From NCBI GenBank assembly GCA_934371135.1, contig CAKRNO010000005.1:607-64606 (forward strand): a stretch of 64,000 nt of DNA. Reading direction: 5' to 3'. Below are positions 1 through 8,657 of this stretch, piece after piece. A program made the position numbers and the translations under genes. How positions within the stretch are numbered: the stretch's first letter is position 1; each line of letters starts with the position of its first letter. This stretch comes from an uncultured Eubacteriales bacterium (lineage in GTDB: Bacteria; Bacillota; Clostridia; Oscillospirales; CAG-272). Under the pieces are notes generated by a model that saw only the letters and a program-made list of their open reading frames with translations, had not been told where the DNA came from and did no database searches.

Positions 1-19
1 TCCTTTTGACAAGGGGAGA

Positions 20-44
20 CGGGCGACCGATGGTCGCCCCTACA
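20..44. repeat. GC-rich palindromic REP/MITE-like unit, copy 1
   Basis: Contains the palindrome GGGCGACC-NNN-GGTCGCCC. Its reverse complement matches 138-162 at 23/25 positions by hand alignment. Confidence 0.6.
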
Positions 45-137
45 GGAATGGTGTTCATTTCTCTTATCTTAATTGTTTTGCGGAGTTATGGGTTGTGCTC
101 GCGCTTCGGGGGTCCGTGGCTCGACGCAACACGAATT

Positions 138-162
138 TGTAGGGGCGACCAGTGGTCGCCCG
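138..162. repeat. GC-rich palindromic REP/MITE-like unit, copy 2 (inverted relative to copy 1)
   Basis: TGTAGGGGCGACCAGTGGTCGCCCG, an inverted partner of 20-44. The overlapping track ORFs are considered spurious. Confidence 0.6.
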
Positions 163-267
163 CGTTTCGCCGGAGGAATTTGTGCTTTTCTGTTTATTGT
201 CCTTTTTGACGGGGCAGCCGGACGGCGCCGGGTCTCGGCGGCAGTGTGGTATTTGTTCACATTTTTA

Positions 268-276
268 TGCTATACT
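268..276 (+). promoter_or_regulatory. Extended -10 promoter element (TGcTATACT) upstream of the kinase gene
   Basis: TG at 268-269 and TATACT at 271-276, about 30 nt upstream of the ATG at 307. No good -35 was seen. Confidence 0.4.
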
Positions 277-306
277 GGTAATAATAAGGAAAAGGAGACC
301 CGGACG

Positions 307-1245
307 ATGGCAGAACGCAGTGTACAGGAGATCAACCGCGCGGTGGAGGAAGACCTCGCCGCGACCGTAGCGGAGGCGGAGGCGGAATACCGCGCGCATC
401 TCGACGACCTGGCGGATAAGATCGTCCTGCGCGGCACGCGCGTCGTACTGCTGGCGGGGCCCAGCAGTTCCGGCAAGACGACGACGGCGAATATGCTCGC
501 CGACTGCCTGCGGCAGGGCGGGCACGCGGCGACGGTCATCTCGCTCGACGACTTCTATTATTCCAAGGATGATCCGCGCTACCCCCGCACCCCCGAGGGC
601 ACGCTGGACTATGAGACGCCGCACGCCCTGCGGCTGGATCTCATCCGGCAGACCATCCGCCGTATCCTGCGCGGAGAACCGGCACCTGTGCCGAAATTCG
701 ATTTCAAGATCGGGCGCCGTTGGGACAACGCCTCCGTCGTCGATATCCCTCGCGGCGGCTGTGCCATCATTGAGGGGCTCCACGCGCTGAACCCCCTCAT
801 GACGGAGGGGATCGATACCGGCGCCGTCGCGCGGGTGTTCGTGAGCGTGTCCACCAACATCAACGACGGCGAGCGGCGACTGCTCTCCGGCAGGAAGATC
901 CGCTTCATCCGCCGCCTCACCCGGGACTACCTGTATCGCGCCTCCGGCGTGGACCGGACGCTGTCCCTCTGGCAGGGCGTGCTCGCCGGGGAGGATCGCT
1001 ATCTCTACCCGTTCAAGGACACCGCCGAATTTCGCTTTGACACCTTCCACCTCTATGAGCTCGGCGTCATGCGCCCCTTTGCCGAGCGCGTGCTCGCCGC
1101 CGATACGGTGACCCGTGACGACCTCTACCTGGACGCCATCCGAGAGGCGCTCACGAGCTTCACCGTCGTCCCGCTCGGCAGCGTCCCCGAGACCTCCCTC
1201 ATCCGTGAGTTCGTCCCGGGCGGCATCTATGAGAGCCTCTATTGA
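307..1245 (+). CDS. Uridine kinase / nucleoside kinase family P-loop protein
   Basis: Internal ATG of ORF 73..1245 (MAERSVQ...) preceded by AAGGAGA. Walker A motif GPSSSGKTT. The upstream part of the ORF covers the REP-like repeats. Confidence 0.8.
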   Translation: MAERSVQEINRAVEEDLAATVAEAEAEYRAHLDDLADKIVLRGTRVVLLAGPSSSGKTTTANMLADCLRQGGHAATVISLDDFYYSKDDPRYPRTPEGTLDYETPHALRLDLIRQTIRRILRGEPAPVPKFDFKIGRRWDNASVVDIPRGGCAIIEGLHALNPLMTEGIDTGAVARVFVSVSTNINDGERRLLSGRKIRFIRRLTRDYLYRASGVDRTLSLWQGVLAGEDRYLYPFKDTAEFRFDTFHLYELGVMRPFAERVLAADTVTRDDLYLDAIREALTSFTVVPLGSVPETSLIREFVPGGIYESLY

Positions 1246-1334
1246 CGCCCGGCAGGGCCCCCATCACAGCGAGGGTCCCGCCGTTGCCCCAAAATAAAAC
1301 CGCCCCCGGTCGTCGCGCGACCGGGGGTTTTTTG

Positions 1335-2555
1335 TTACAGGCAGCGCAGCTGCAGGGTACAGACACCGAAAAGAACGAGCAGGAACAGCAGATTGACCCA
1401 GGTGAAGCGCCAGAGATACCGCCCGGCGCCGCCGGGGTGCGCCCCGAGATAGGTACGCAGTGTGATGAGGCTTGCCATCGAGGAGATGAGCGTCCCTACC
1501 CCGCCGATGTTCACCCCGAGCAGGAGCGGCCGCCAGTCGGCGGCAAAGCCCGCGAGCAGGATCGCCGTCGGCACATTGGAGATGAGCTGACAGGACAGGG
1601 TCGAGACCAGCAGTGCGTTACGGGAGAGGAGCGCCGAGAAAAACGCGCCGACCGCAGGGATACGCACCATGTTCCCCGAGAAAATGAAAAAACAGACAAA
1701 GGTCAGGAGCAGCGGATAATCCACGGCGAGGAACGCCCGCCGGTCGGCAAAGAGCAGTACCGCCACCACCGCCGCGAGTGCCACATAATACGGGAGCAGG
1801 CGGAACACGGAGAGGATCACGAGCAGAAACACCCCGAGATAGAGCGCGGTGCGCCACCGGGGCAGCGGCGCCGATGCCCGCTCCCGAACGCAGATGGGCT
1901 CCCGCGGGAAAAAGACGAAGCACAGCACCGTGATGATCGCCACCGCGACGAGAAAGGGCAGCAACATCGTCAGCGTAAAAGCCCCCGTCGGAATGTGAAA
2001 ATAGCCGTACAGATACAGGTTCTGCGGGTTGCCGAACGGGGTCAGCATCCCGCCGAGATTGGCGGCGGCGTTCTGGAGGATGAACGCGAACGCCATGTGC
2101 CGCTCCTGCCCCGTCGAGGTGAGGACATAGCAGGAAAGCGGCAGGAACGTGAGGAGCGCCATATCGTTCGCGATGAGCATGGAGCCGATAAAGGTGATGT
2201 AGGTGAGCGCGAGCATACAGGCGCGGAGTGACCCCGTCAGGGCAACGATTTTCTCCGCGAGCACCGTAAAGAACCGGATATGTCGCAGTGCCGCCACTAC
2301 CGCGAGGGTCGAGAACAGGCAGGAGAGCGTCGGGAAATCCATATAGGTAAGGTACTGCCGGTCAGGCGGCACGAGGCAGGCCGTCACGATCGCCGCACAA
2401 AGTGCAACGAGCAGGACCACGTTGTGCCGCGCAAACCGCGCGGCAAGAGCGAGCACCCGTCGCGCGCCCCCCTGCCGCGGAGGTGCCGGCATCCTCGCTT
2501 CGGGCGCGCCGCCGACAACCGCATACTGCGCCGTGTCTGTCACTTTATCTGTCAT
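1335..2555 (-). CDS. ArsB/NhaD-superfamily anion permease (citrate-transporter-like)
   Basis: Polytopic membrane protein with a GNPQNL motif. Start set at MTDKVTD (aa 147 of ORF 1335..2993) because the longer ORF runs through a tRNA gene. Confidence 0.75.
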   Translation of the reverse strand: MTDKVTDTAQYAVVGGAPEARMPAPPRQGGARRVLALAARFARHNVVLLVALCAAIVTACLVPPDRQYLTYMDFPTLSCLFSTLAVVAALRHIRFFTVLAEKIVALTGSLRACMLALTYITFIGSMLIANDMALLTFLPLSCYVLTSTGQERHMAFAFILQNAAANLGGMLTPFGNPQNLYLYGYFHIPTGAFTLTMLLPFLVAVAIITVLCFVFFPREPICVRERASAPLPRWRTALYLGVFLLVILSVFRLLPYYVALAAVVAVLLFADRRAFLAVDYPLLLTFVCFFIFSGNMVRIPAVGAFFSALLSRNALLVSTLSCQLISNVPTAILLAGFAADWRPLLLGVNIGGVGTLISSMASLITLRTYLGAHPGGAGRYLWRFTWVNLLFLLVLFGVCTLQLRCL

Positions 2556-2615
2556 AGAAAACTCCGTATAAAAACAGGGCAAAGGAACAACCCGCGCCAC
2601 GGGGGCGCGGGTCTC

Positions 2616-2704
2616 TGGTACCGATGACCGGGCTCGAACCGGTACGGGAGGTAAGTCCCATCGGATTTTAAGTCCGAGGCGTCTGCCAATTCCGCCACAT
2701 CGGC
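2616..2704 (-). tRNA. tRNA-Leu (anticodon UAA), CCA encoded
   Basis: Reverse complement reads GCCGATGTGGCGGAATTGGCAGACGCCTCGGACTTAAAATCCGATGGGACTTACCTCCCGTACCGGTTCGAGCCCGGTCATCGGTACCA. Anticodon loop CTTAAAA, long variable arm, GTTCGAGCC T-loop. Confidence 0.9.
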
Positions 2705-2717
2705 AGGTAACGCTAGC

Positions 2718-2746
2718 ATTATAGCACGCGTGCCCGGAAATGTCAA
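2718..2746 (-). promoter_or_regulatory. Sigma-70 promoter for tRNA-Leu(UAA)
   Basis: On the minus strand: TTGACA (2746-2741), 17-nt spacer, TATAAT (2723-2718). The -10 lies about 14 nt upstream of the tRNA 5' end. Confidence 0.75.
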
Positions 2747-2775
2747 TGAATGTACAAAATGCGGCACGGCGCGGC

Positions 2776-2795
2776 TTGTAAAGTTCGCTTTCCTT
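2776..2795 (+). repeat. Direct repeat TTGTAAAGTTCGCTTTCCTT (left copy)
   Basis: 19/20 identical to 3423-3442. Looser similarity extends about 20 nt further upstream in both copies. Confidence 0.6.
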
Positions 2796-3422
2796 TCTTC
2801 GCAGGGCATATCGCGCAGAGCTCCGGTGCCGGTCGGTTGCCGCCGGGAGGATCGGTCGTCGCCCAGCCGGGGATTTCGGAGGTCGTAATTCATACGAAAA
2901 TTTTATGCAGATCCGTGCGGTTTGTTTCGCCATAATGCTGCCGTCGGGCGTGTCTTCGGCGCTTGTCAAGTAGGAAAAATGATAGAAATACAAAAATTCC
3001 GTCGAGGAAAGTTTCTGACATTGCGAATTGTCAATTTGTCAGTAACTTTACCGCCAAATCGCGCCTGAAAATGCAAAAAAAGCAAAGATTTGTCGAATAA
3101 TCGTCTCAAACAACAAGTTGCTGACAACGCTGTTTGTCAGTAAGTCAGTAACTCTCTGCGTTGTGCATTTTTCACAAACTTTTGGTTTTGACATAAAAAT
3201 GGCGTCAAATCTTCATTTTGCTTTCTATGCACATCGATTCCTGTCGTCTGTATTTCGTGTTCGTATTTTATACGAATATACGGTGGCAATTTTCGCAAGC
3301 GCTCTGCCCTTCGGTTCCCCGCCCCGCACCGGTGTCCTGCGATCTGCTCGGCTATCCCGCCTCCGCCCGCGGTGGTGCTCTCCCCATGCCGCTTTACATC
3401 CTGTTTTGCAGCGCTGTGTCGG

Positions 3423-3442
3423 TTGTAAAGTTAGCTTTCCTT
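3423..3442 (+). repeat. Direct repeat TTGTAAAGTTAGCTTTCCTT (right copy)
   Basis: 19/20 identical to 2776-2795. Together the two copies bracket a gene-free AT-rich block. Confidence 0.6.
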
Positions 3443-3487
3443 AATTTATTGTATGTTTAAAACATCTCCTCCGTGTGCGTGTCCGCA

Positions 3488-3527
3488 TAAAAAGAACCGC
3501 ACGATGTCCTTCCTGACATCGTGCGGT
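3488..3527 (-). terminator. Rho-independent terminator of the hisS-mrnC operon
   Basis: 13-bp stem ACCGCACGATGTC / GACATCGTGCGGT with a 6-nt loop, followed on the minus strand by TCTTTTTA. Confidence 0.75.
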
Positions 3528-3547
3528 ATCTGATACTGTGTGCGGTC

Positions 3548-3997
3548 TTACCGGCAGGCTTCAAAGCCGGCGGTGAGCAGCTCCTGCAGGCGTTCTTCAC
3601 AGCCGAGGTAGTCGAGCATCCCGAGCACGGCTTCGTACCCGGTCGCCGTGCGGTAGGTCTCACCGCTGACGTTCTTCGGACGGTTGATGTGCGAGAGGTT
3701 GAAGGCGCGGCGGAAGACGTCTGCCTCCCCCTCCGTCAACCGGTCACGCACCGCGAGGTACGCGCGCTCCTGCATCGGCGCGGTCACAAAGCGGAGTGCC
3801 TCCCGATTCAGCTCTTTTGCGTGCGGGATGCCCTGTCTGACAAGCTCGCGCCGGACAAAGCGTGTGTGCACCGCATCCCCGAGAAAAGCGAGGGCGGCGA
3901 CCGACGGCAGCGCGCGCTGGCAGGGGACGGTCGCGCCCCCGGTGACGTCTGCCCCGTCCGGGACGGGCATCTCCGCGCCGTGCGGCGTGTCCGTCAT
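3548..3997 (-). CDS. mrnC: Mini-ribonuclease 3 (Mini-III)
   Basis: LAFLGDAVHTRFVRRELV... and YRTATGYEAVLGMLDYLG motifs are typical of Mini-RNase III. Overlaps the hisS stop by 4 nt. Confidence 0.85.
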   Translation of the reverse strand: MTDTPHGAEMPVPDGADVTGGATVPCQRALPSVAALAFLGDAVHTRFVRRELVRQGIPHAKELNREALRFVTAPMQERAYLAVRDRLTEGEADVFRRAFNLSHINRPKNVSGETYRTATGYEAVLGMLDYLGCEERLQELLTAGFEACR

Positions 3998-5235
3998 TTC
4001 GTGAGTTCCTTTACGGTGACGCCCTCGGCGGTCACCTCGGCGATGGCGTCGAAGCCGTAGGCTTCACAACGTGCGATGAGCTTGCCGACCTTGCCGCTCT
4101 TTTCGATGAGGCTGACGTCTGCCTCGCCGCGCATTTCCTCTGCGGCGCGTGCGGCGGCGACCAGCTGGTCGGGATAGTACAGCATCGCGATGCGGCGGCG
4201 GGTCGTCGGCGGTGTGAAGCCGCGGTCGGTAAGGATGGCGCAGATGCGCTCAAACCCGATGGAGAACCCGACGGCGGGCACCTCCTCACCGAGGAATTTG
4301 CCGATGAGGTGGTCGTACCGACCGCCCCCGGCGATTGCGCCGCGGAACTCCTCGGAGCGCACCTCAAACACAGGGCCGGTATAGTACCCCTGCCCGCGGA
4401 TGAGCGTGATGTCGAACACGAGCGGCACCGTGCCGTCGGTGATGGCGGCGACGCTGTCCATGATAAAGCGCAGGCGTTCCGCCGCGGCAGGGTCATCCAG
4501 GTAGGAGGTCGCCTTTTCGAGAGAAACGGTACCGTCCGCCATGAGCGTGGCGATCCCCCCGACGACCTCGGGGGCGAGCCCCTTTTCGTTGAGCTCTGCC
4601 GTCACACCATCGAGCCCGATTTTGTCCAGCTTGTCAAGCGAGATACAGACGCTGTCGCGCATCTCGTCCGGTACGCCGATCCTGCGGAGCACGCCGGTCA
4701 GCAGCGTGCGGTCGTTGATATGAATGGTGAATTTGTCCATGCCGATCTTGCGCAGCGCCTTCGCCGTCGTGCAGATGAGGTCCACCTCGCAGGTGGGCGA
4801 CGCAGAACCGAGGATGTCGATGTCGCACTGGACGAACTCGCGCAGTCTGCCCTTCTGCGGGCGCTCTGCGCGCCAGACGCGGTCGGTCTGGATGCATTTT
4901 GCCGGTGTAAACAGGTTTTGCCGGTTGCAGGCATAGTACCGGGAGAGCGGGAGCGTCAGATCATACCGCAGACCCATATCGGAGAGCGTTTTTTCGTCGC
5001 CGCTCCCGAGTGCCGCCGCGAGCTTCTCCCCGCGCTTGAGCACCTTGAAGATGAGGTTCAGGTTGTCCCCGCCCTCGCTTTTATCGATATTTTCGGCGTC
5101 CTCCAGCGCGGGGGTGCTGATGCGTTCATACCCCGCGGAGCGATAGACCCCGAGGATGGTCGTCTGTAAATAGTCGCGCAGGGCTACCTGCCGCGGCAGA
5201 TAGTCGCACATACCCTTGAGAGGTTGGATTTTCAT
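3994..5235 (-). CDS. hisS: Histidine--tRNA ligase
   Basis: Class II aaRS motifs including GGGRYDHLIGKF and AVGFSIGFERI. Start set at the second ATG (MKIQPLKG), which has a GAGGT RBS and lies downstream of the predicted promoter. Confidence 0.9.
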   Translation of the reverse strand: MKIQPLKGMCDYLPRQVALRDYLQTTILGVYRSAGYERISTPALEDAENIDKSEGGDNLNLIFKVLKRGEKLAAALGSGDEKTLSDMGLRYDLTLPLSRYYACNRQNLFTPAKCIQTDRVWRAERPQKGRLREFVQCDIDILGSASPTCEVDLICTTAKALRKIGMDKFTIHINDRTLLTGVLRRIGVPDEMRDSVCISLDKLDKIGLDGVTAELNEKGLAPEVVGGIATLMADGTVSLEKATSYLDDPAAAERLRFIMDSVAAITDGTVPLVFDITLIRGQGYYTGPVFEVRSEEFRGAIAGGGRYDHLIGKFLGEEVPAVGFSIGFERICAILTDRGFTPPTTRRRIAMLYYPDQLVAAARAAEEMRGEADVSLIEKSGKVGKLIARCEAYGFDAIAEVTAEGVTVKELTK

Positions 5236-5267
5236 GGTGTTACCTCGCCCGTTTTTCATTCCCCTCC

Positions 5268-5296
5268 ATTGTACCAGTCCGACCCCCTGTTGTCAA
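5268..5296 (-). promoter_or_regulatory. Sigma-70 promoter of hisS
   Basis: On the minus strand: TTGACA, 17 nt, TACAAT. Confidence 0.6.
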
Positions 5297-5332
5297 GAAA
5301 AACAGGCGGGCACCCGAAACGGTGCCCGCCTG
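5297..5332 (-). terminator. Rho-independent terminator after the lipoprotein gene
   Basis: CAGGCGGGCACC-GTTTC-GGGTGCCCGCCTG followed by TTTTTC on the minus strand. Confidence 0.7.
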
Positions 5333-5389
5333 TCCGGTCGTATTGTCATGCTGCCCGCCGAGGGGCGCCGCGCGCCCTTTTCCGGGGTG

Positions 5390-5857
5390 TCACACGCGCG
5401 TGATGGTCACCGAGAACGCGGCGCTCTCTGCCGCGGCGCGCACGGACACGACCCCCGATAGCCCGGCGAGGGTAATGCGCTGGTTCTCTCCGATCGGGAT
5501 ATCGCGGACGATGGCGTCCTGCGTAGAGACGTACAGCCGCAGGTTGCCGGCTGTTCGCGACGAGGTCACGGTGAGCGTATAGATGCTCTCCTCGTCGGCG
5601 GTAAAGGAATCCAGTACCTCGACCCCCGACATCTTTTCGACCGTAAAGGTCGTGATCCCCGCATCACGGTCGCCTGACCGTTTTGCCCCCTGCTTGATGA
5701 CCTGGGGCATCGGATCCAGGAGATCCTCCTCGGTCAGGGTGACGAGAGACGCGTCCCCGTCTCCGTTTTCATCCCGTATCTGCAAAATGGACGCGTCACA
5801 CGCACACAGGGCGGCGACTGCCAAAAGCAGTACCGCGCACAACAGCCGTTTTTTCAT
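5390..5857 (-). CDS. Hypothetical lipoprotein
   Basis: Start at MKKRLLCAVLLLAVAALCAC (signal peptide plus lipobox Cys) with a GGAAGGAAG RBS. The upstream extension of the ORF was discarded. Confidence 0.7.
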   Translation of the reverse strand: MKKRLLCAVLLLAVAALCACDASILQIRDENGDGDASLVTLTEEDLLDPMPQVIKQGAKRSGDRDAGITTFTVEKMSGVEVLDSFTADEESIYTLTVTSSRTAGNLRLYVSTQDAIVRDIPIGENQRITLAGLSGVVSVRAAAESAAFSVTITRV

Positions 5858-5952
5858 CACGGACTTCCTTCCAAAACAAACAGAAATAAACGGATCGTCG
5901 GCAGTGGCAGACCGGCGCGCCATCGCGGGGCACCGCCGCCGCAAATCAGGGC

Positions 5953-6204
5953 TTACGGATCCTGCCGCTTCGCGCAGACCGGGCACCGCCCGAGCGCGTC
6001 CAGGGGCAGCGGCTTATATACCTTTTTGAGCTCCGCGAGGATTACCCGATGCTCGTGATCGTCGGCGAAGCCCTCCTCCTCGATAGACGGCTTGTAGCCA
6101 GTGGCGCCGCACAGGACGCAGGTGCAGAGATAGTTTTTTGCTTTCGGGTTCCAGCTCTCTATGTAGTGAGAGTACCCGCGTTTTGTCATCTTGCTGTGAG
6201 ACAT
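5953..6204 (-). CDS. Small zinc-ribbon-like hypothetical protein
   Basis: 83 aa with CTCVLC ... CPVC cysteine pairs. GGAGG RBS 7 nt upstream of the ATG. Confidence 0.55.
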   Translation of the reverse strand: MSHSKMTKRGYSHYIESWNPKAKNYLCTCVLCGATGYKPSIEEEGFADDHEHRVILAELKKVYKPLPLDALGRCPVCAKRQDP

Positions 6205-6229
6205 AACGGCTCCTCCGATCTCTGCGTTT

Positions 6230-6880
6230 TTATTTCAGCCTGGCAATCTTTGAGGTCTGGACAATGACCACCAGCCGCATATCCGACGTCATTTCCACCG
6301 TAGGATCGATGTTGATTTCCAGATGCCCGGCACTGCGGATTGCCACGACGTTGAGCGCGTACTTCTTGCGCAGATTGAGTTCCACCAGGGTTTTGCCGAC
6401 CCATTCCGGCTTTACATCGATCTCGATGACGGATACGTCACTTGAGAGCTCCATCACATCCACGAAGCCGGAGCTCAAAAGGTTTTTGGCGAGGCGCGTC
6501 CCGGACTCCACCTCCGGGAGGATTACCTTGTCCGCGCCGACGGCGCTGAGAATCTTCCGGTGCATTTCGGAGGCGCATTTTGCCACCACGTTTCTCACAC
6601 CGATCTCCTTACAGAGCATGACCGTCAGCACGCTTGCCTCCAGGTTTCCCGCCATTGCGACCACGACTGTGTCCATGTTCGCGACGCCGAGCTGCTTCAG
6701 GACCTCCCGGCTGGTCACATCCGCACATTTGCAGAGGGGTATATCGACGACGGCGGCGTTGACGATCGCCTCATCGGCATCGACCGCGAGCACGTCGGCT
6801 CCCCCCGCTACCAGCTCTTTTGCGACCGCGTATCCGTATCTTCCGAGCCCGAACACCGCATAGGAATGAGTGCCACTCAT
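6230..6880 (-). CDS. trkA: Trk/Ktr potassium uptake system, NAD-binding subunit
   Basis: Start at MSGTHSYAVFGLGRYG (Rossmann GxGxxG, RCK-N), followed by an RCK-C-like C-terminus. Lies directly downstream of trkH. Confidence 0.85.
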   Translation of the reverse strand: MSGTHSYAVFGLGRYGYAVAKELVAGGADVLAVDADEAIVNAAVVDIPLCKCADVTSREVLKQLGVANMDTVVVAMAGNLEASVLTVMLCKEIGVRNVVAKCASEMHRKILSAVGADKVILPEVESGTRLAKNLLSSGFVDVMELSSDVSVIEIDVKPEWVGKTLVELNLRKKYALNVVAIRSAGHLEINIDPTVEMTSDMRLVVIVQTSKIARLK

Positions 6881-6890
6881 ATTTTCTCCT

Positions 6891-8249
6891 TTATCCCACG
6901 CTGATTTCTTCCGTGGGGTTCTTGATGGAATTGACATAATCCCGCTTCAGGCGGAACGCTATCGCCAGGGAGATGGGACCGACCCTGCCGAAATACATTG
7001 CGGCAATGAGAATGCTCTTTCCGGCGCCCCCCAGCGTCGGGGTCAGGCTCTTTGAGAGACCGACAGTCGCCGTCGCGCTCACGGTTTCGTACAGGACATC
7101 CAGTGCGGGGGCCGGGGTCACGGCTGCGAGCAGTACCGTTGCCAGGAAAACGGTGCAAAAAGATGTGCTCAAAACGGCGACCGCCTTGTTCAGCACCTGT
7201 TTCGGCAAATTCCGGTGGAACAGGGACACCTCGTTACGGTTGCGGATGGCTGCATACGCCGCAGTGAACAGCACCACGACCGTCACGGTTTTGACACCGC
7301 CCGCCGTACCGACGGGCGAGCCGCCGATAAACATCAGGAGCAGACAGACCACCGACGCCGCCCCCGTCAGGTTTTCCTGCGGCAAGGTTGCAAAGCCTGC
7401 CGTCCTTGTGGTAACGGATTGGAACAGGGCGACCTGCACCTTGTCGAAGAAGGAGAGCGGCGCCAGCGTCAGCGGATTGCGGTATTCCAGCGCGAGGATG
7501 GCAGCCGCGCCGCCGAAAAGCAGTACCGCCGTAGACGCCAGCACGATTTTGCTGTGCAGCGTCAGATGCCGGAAGCATCGCCATTTTTCCGTGCGGAACC
7601 TCCTGCATACGCGGATGACGTCCCACCAGACGATATACCCGAGACCCCCGAGCACAATCAAAGCTTCCGTAACGAAATTCATCATGGGGTTCGTCGCATA
7701 ATCACACAGGCTGTTCTCCCCGATAATATCCATCCCGGCATTGCAGAAAGCCGAGACGGAATTGAAAACGGAGACCCAGATCCCCCGCGCGCCGAGGTCC
7801 GGGACCAGTACCGTCATGTAGAGGAGCGCCCCTACCGCCTCGACCGAGAGGGTGCCGATAATCACCTTTTTGACAAACCGCACCACGCCGGAGAGCGTCG
7901 TCAGATTGAATGCGTCACTGATCAGCAGACGATCCTTCAGCCCGATTTTCCGGTGCAGTGCGATCATCACCCCGGAGATGACCGTAATCACCCCGAGCCC
8001 GCCTATCTGGATCAGCAGCAGGATGACCACCTGCCCGAAGATGCTCCACGCAGTAGCGGTCGGTAATGTCACGAGCCCCGTGACACAGGTCGCGGTCGTG
8101 GCAGTGAACAGCGCGTCGAGGTACGACACCGTCACTCCGTCCCGGGCGCTGATCGGCAGCACCAACAGCGCACTCCCGAAAAGGATGGTGACCAGAAAGC
8201 TGATCATGATCACCTGCGTTGTCGATAATCCCGTTTTCTTTCTTCTCAT
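6891..8249 (-). CDS. trkH: Trk/Ktr potassium uptake system, membrane subunit
   Basis: Polytopic protein with repeated TxTGF/GGxPxGTAGG-type selectivity motifs (TRTAGFAT, GGSPVGTAGGVK). Start at MRRKKTGLS. Confidence 0.85.
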   Translation of the reverse strand: MRRKKTGLSTTQVIMISFLVTILFGSALLVLPISARDGVTVSYLDALFTATTATCVTGLVTLPTATAWSIFGQVVILLLIQIGGLGVITVISGVMIALHRKIGLKDRLLISDAFNLTTLSGVVRFVKKVIIGTLSVEAVGALLYMTVLVPDLGARGIWVSVFNSVSAFCNAGMDIIGENSLCDYATNPMMNFVTEALIVLGGLGYIVWWDVIRVCRRFRTEKWRCFRHLTLHSKIVLASTAVLLFGGAAAILALEYRNPLTLAPLSFFDKVQVALFQSVTTRTAGFATLPQENLTGAASVVCLLLMFIGGSPVGTAGGVKTVTVVVLFTAAYAAIRNRNEVSLFHRNLPKQVLNKAVAVLSTSFCTVFLATVLLAAVTPAPALDVLYETVSATATVGLSKSLTPTLGGAGKSILIAAMYFGRVGPISLAIAFRLKRDYVNSIKNPTEEISVG

Positions 8250-8289
8250 ATCCGGTCTCTTTTCACGCCGAAGTAAACTCTTTGCCAAC

Positions 8290-8318
8290 ATTCTAGCACA
8301 AATCCGATCGGATAGCAA
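8290..8318 (-). promoter_or_regulatory. Sigma-70 promoter of trkH-trkA (extended -10)
   Basis: On the minus strand: TTGCTA, 17 nt, TGcTAGAAT, about 40 nt upstream of the trkH ATG. Confidence 0.55.
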
Positions 8319-8533
8319 CATACCCGGAAACAATGTCCTATAAGCCCGGCACCGCTCGGACGGAAACACGGCGCTCCCATCTCTCGCACAATAAGAGCGC
8401 CCGTTGTGAAAGGCTCATGTTGTACGAACGGTGCCGGACAGAAAGGGAGTCCTCCGTGAAATTGCCGGCAGAAGAACGGCGCCGCATCATGGCGCGCCTG
8501 CCATCCCCATGCACCCCAAGCAACAGCCAAAAT

Positions 8534-8565
8534 AAAAATCCACCCGCCAAGCGGGTGGATTTTTT
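8534..8565. terminator. Bidirectional rho-independent terminator
   Basis: AAAAATCCACCCGC-CAA-GCGGGTGGATTTTTT: a 10-bp stem flanked by A and T runs. Confidence 0.7.
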
Positions 8566-8572
8566 GGCGGAG
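8563..8572. repeat. 10-bp direct repeat TTTGGCGGAG (distal copy of the tRNA-Ser 3' end)
   Basis: Identical to 9632-9641, which covers the last 8 nt of tRNA-Ser plus 2 nt. With one gap the match extends to TGC(C)TCCGCCAAA. Confidence 0.55.
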
Positions 8573-8657
8573 CATGAGTAACGTAAATCGAATTATTATT
8601 GCATTAGACTATTTTGTTTTATAAACGCAATATTTATTATGTCATTTTTATGTATTT

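Noticed and set aside
1335-2993. 552-aa version of the permease ORF
   Set aside because: The upstream third runs straight through tRNA-Leu(UAA) and its promoter. The start was moved to MTDKVTD at 2555.
2806-3350. Terminal inverted repeats inside the AT-rich block (2807-2838 against the reverse complement of about 3316-3350)
   Set aside because: The hand alignment gives only about 22/32 with a gap in GC-rich sequence, which could easily be chance. It is not used as evidence.
5236-5390. T-box leader upstream of hisS
   Set aside because: The promoter is only about 30 nt from the start codon. There is no specifier or T-box sequence and no antiterminator/terminator pair.
8320-8530. Possible c-di-AMP (ydaO-type) riboswitch upstream of trkH-trkA
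   Set aside because: Potassium transporters are classic targets, and the minus strand contains ACGGAGGACUCC and CUGUCCGGCACC, which faintly recall riboswitch segments. However, the conserved CCGAAUCC / GACAGCUAAC..GUAAGC elements are absent, and a good promoter lies downstream of this region, only about 40 nt from the ATG. A cmscan with RF00379 would settle it.
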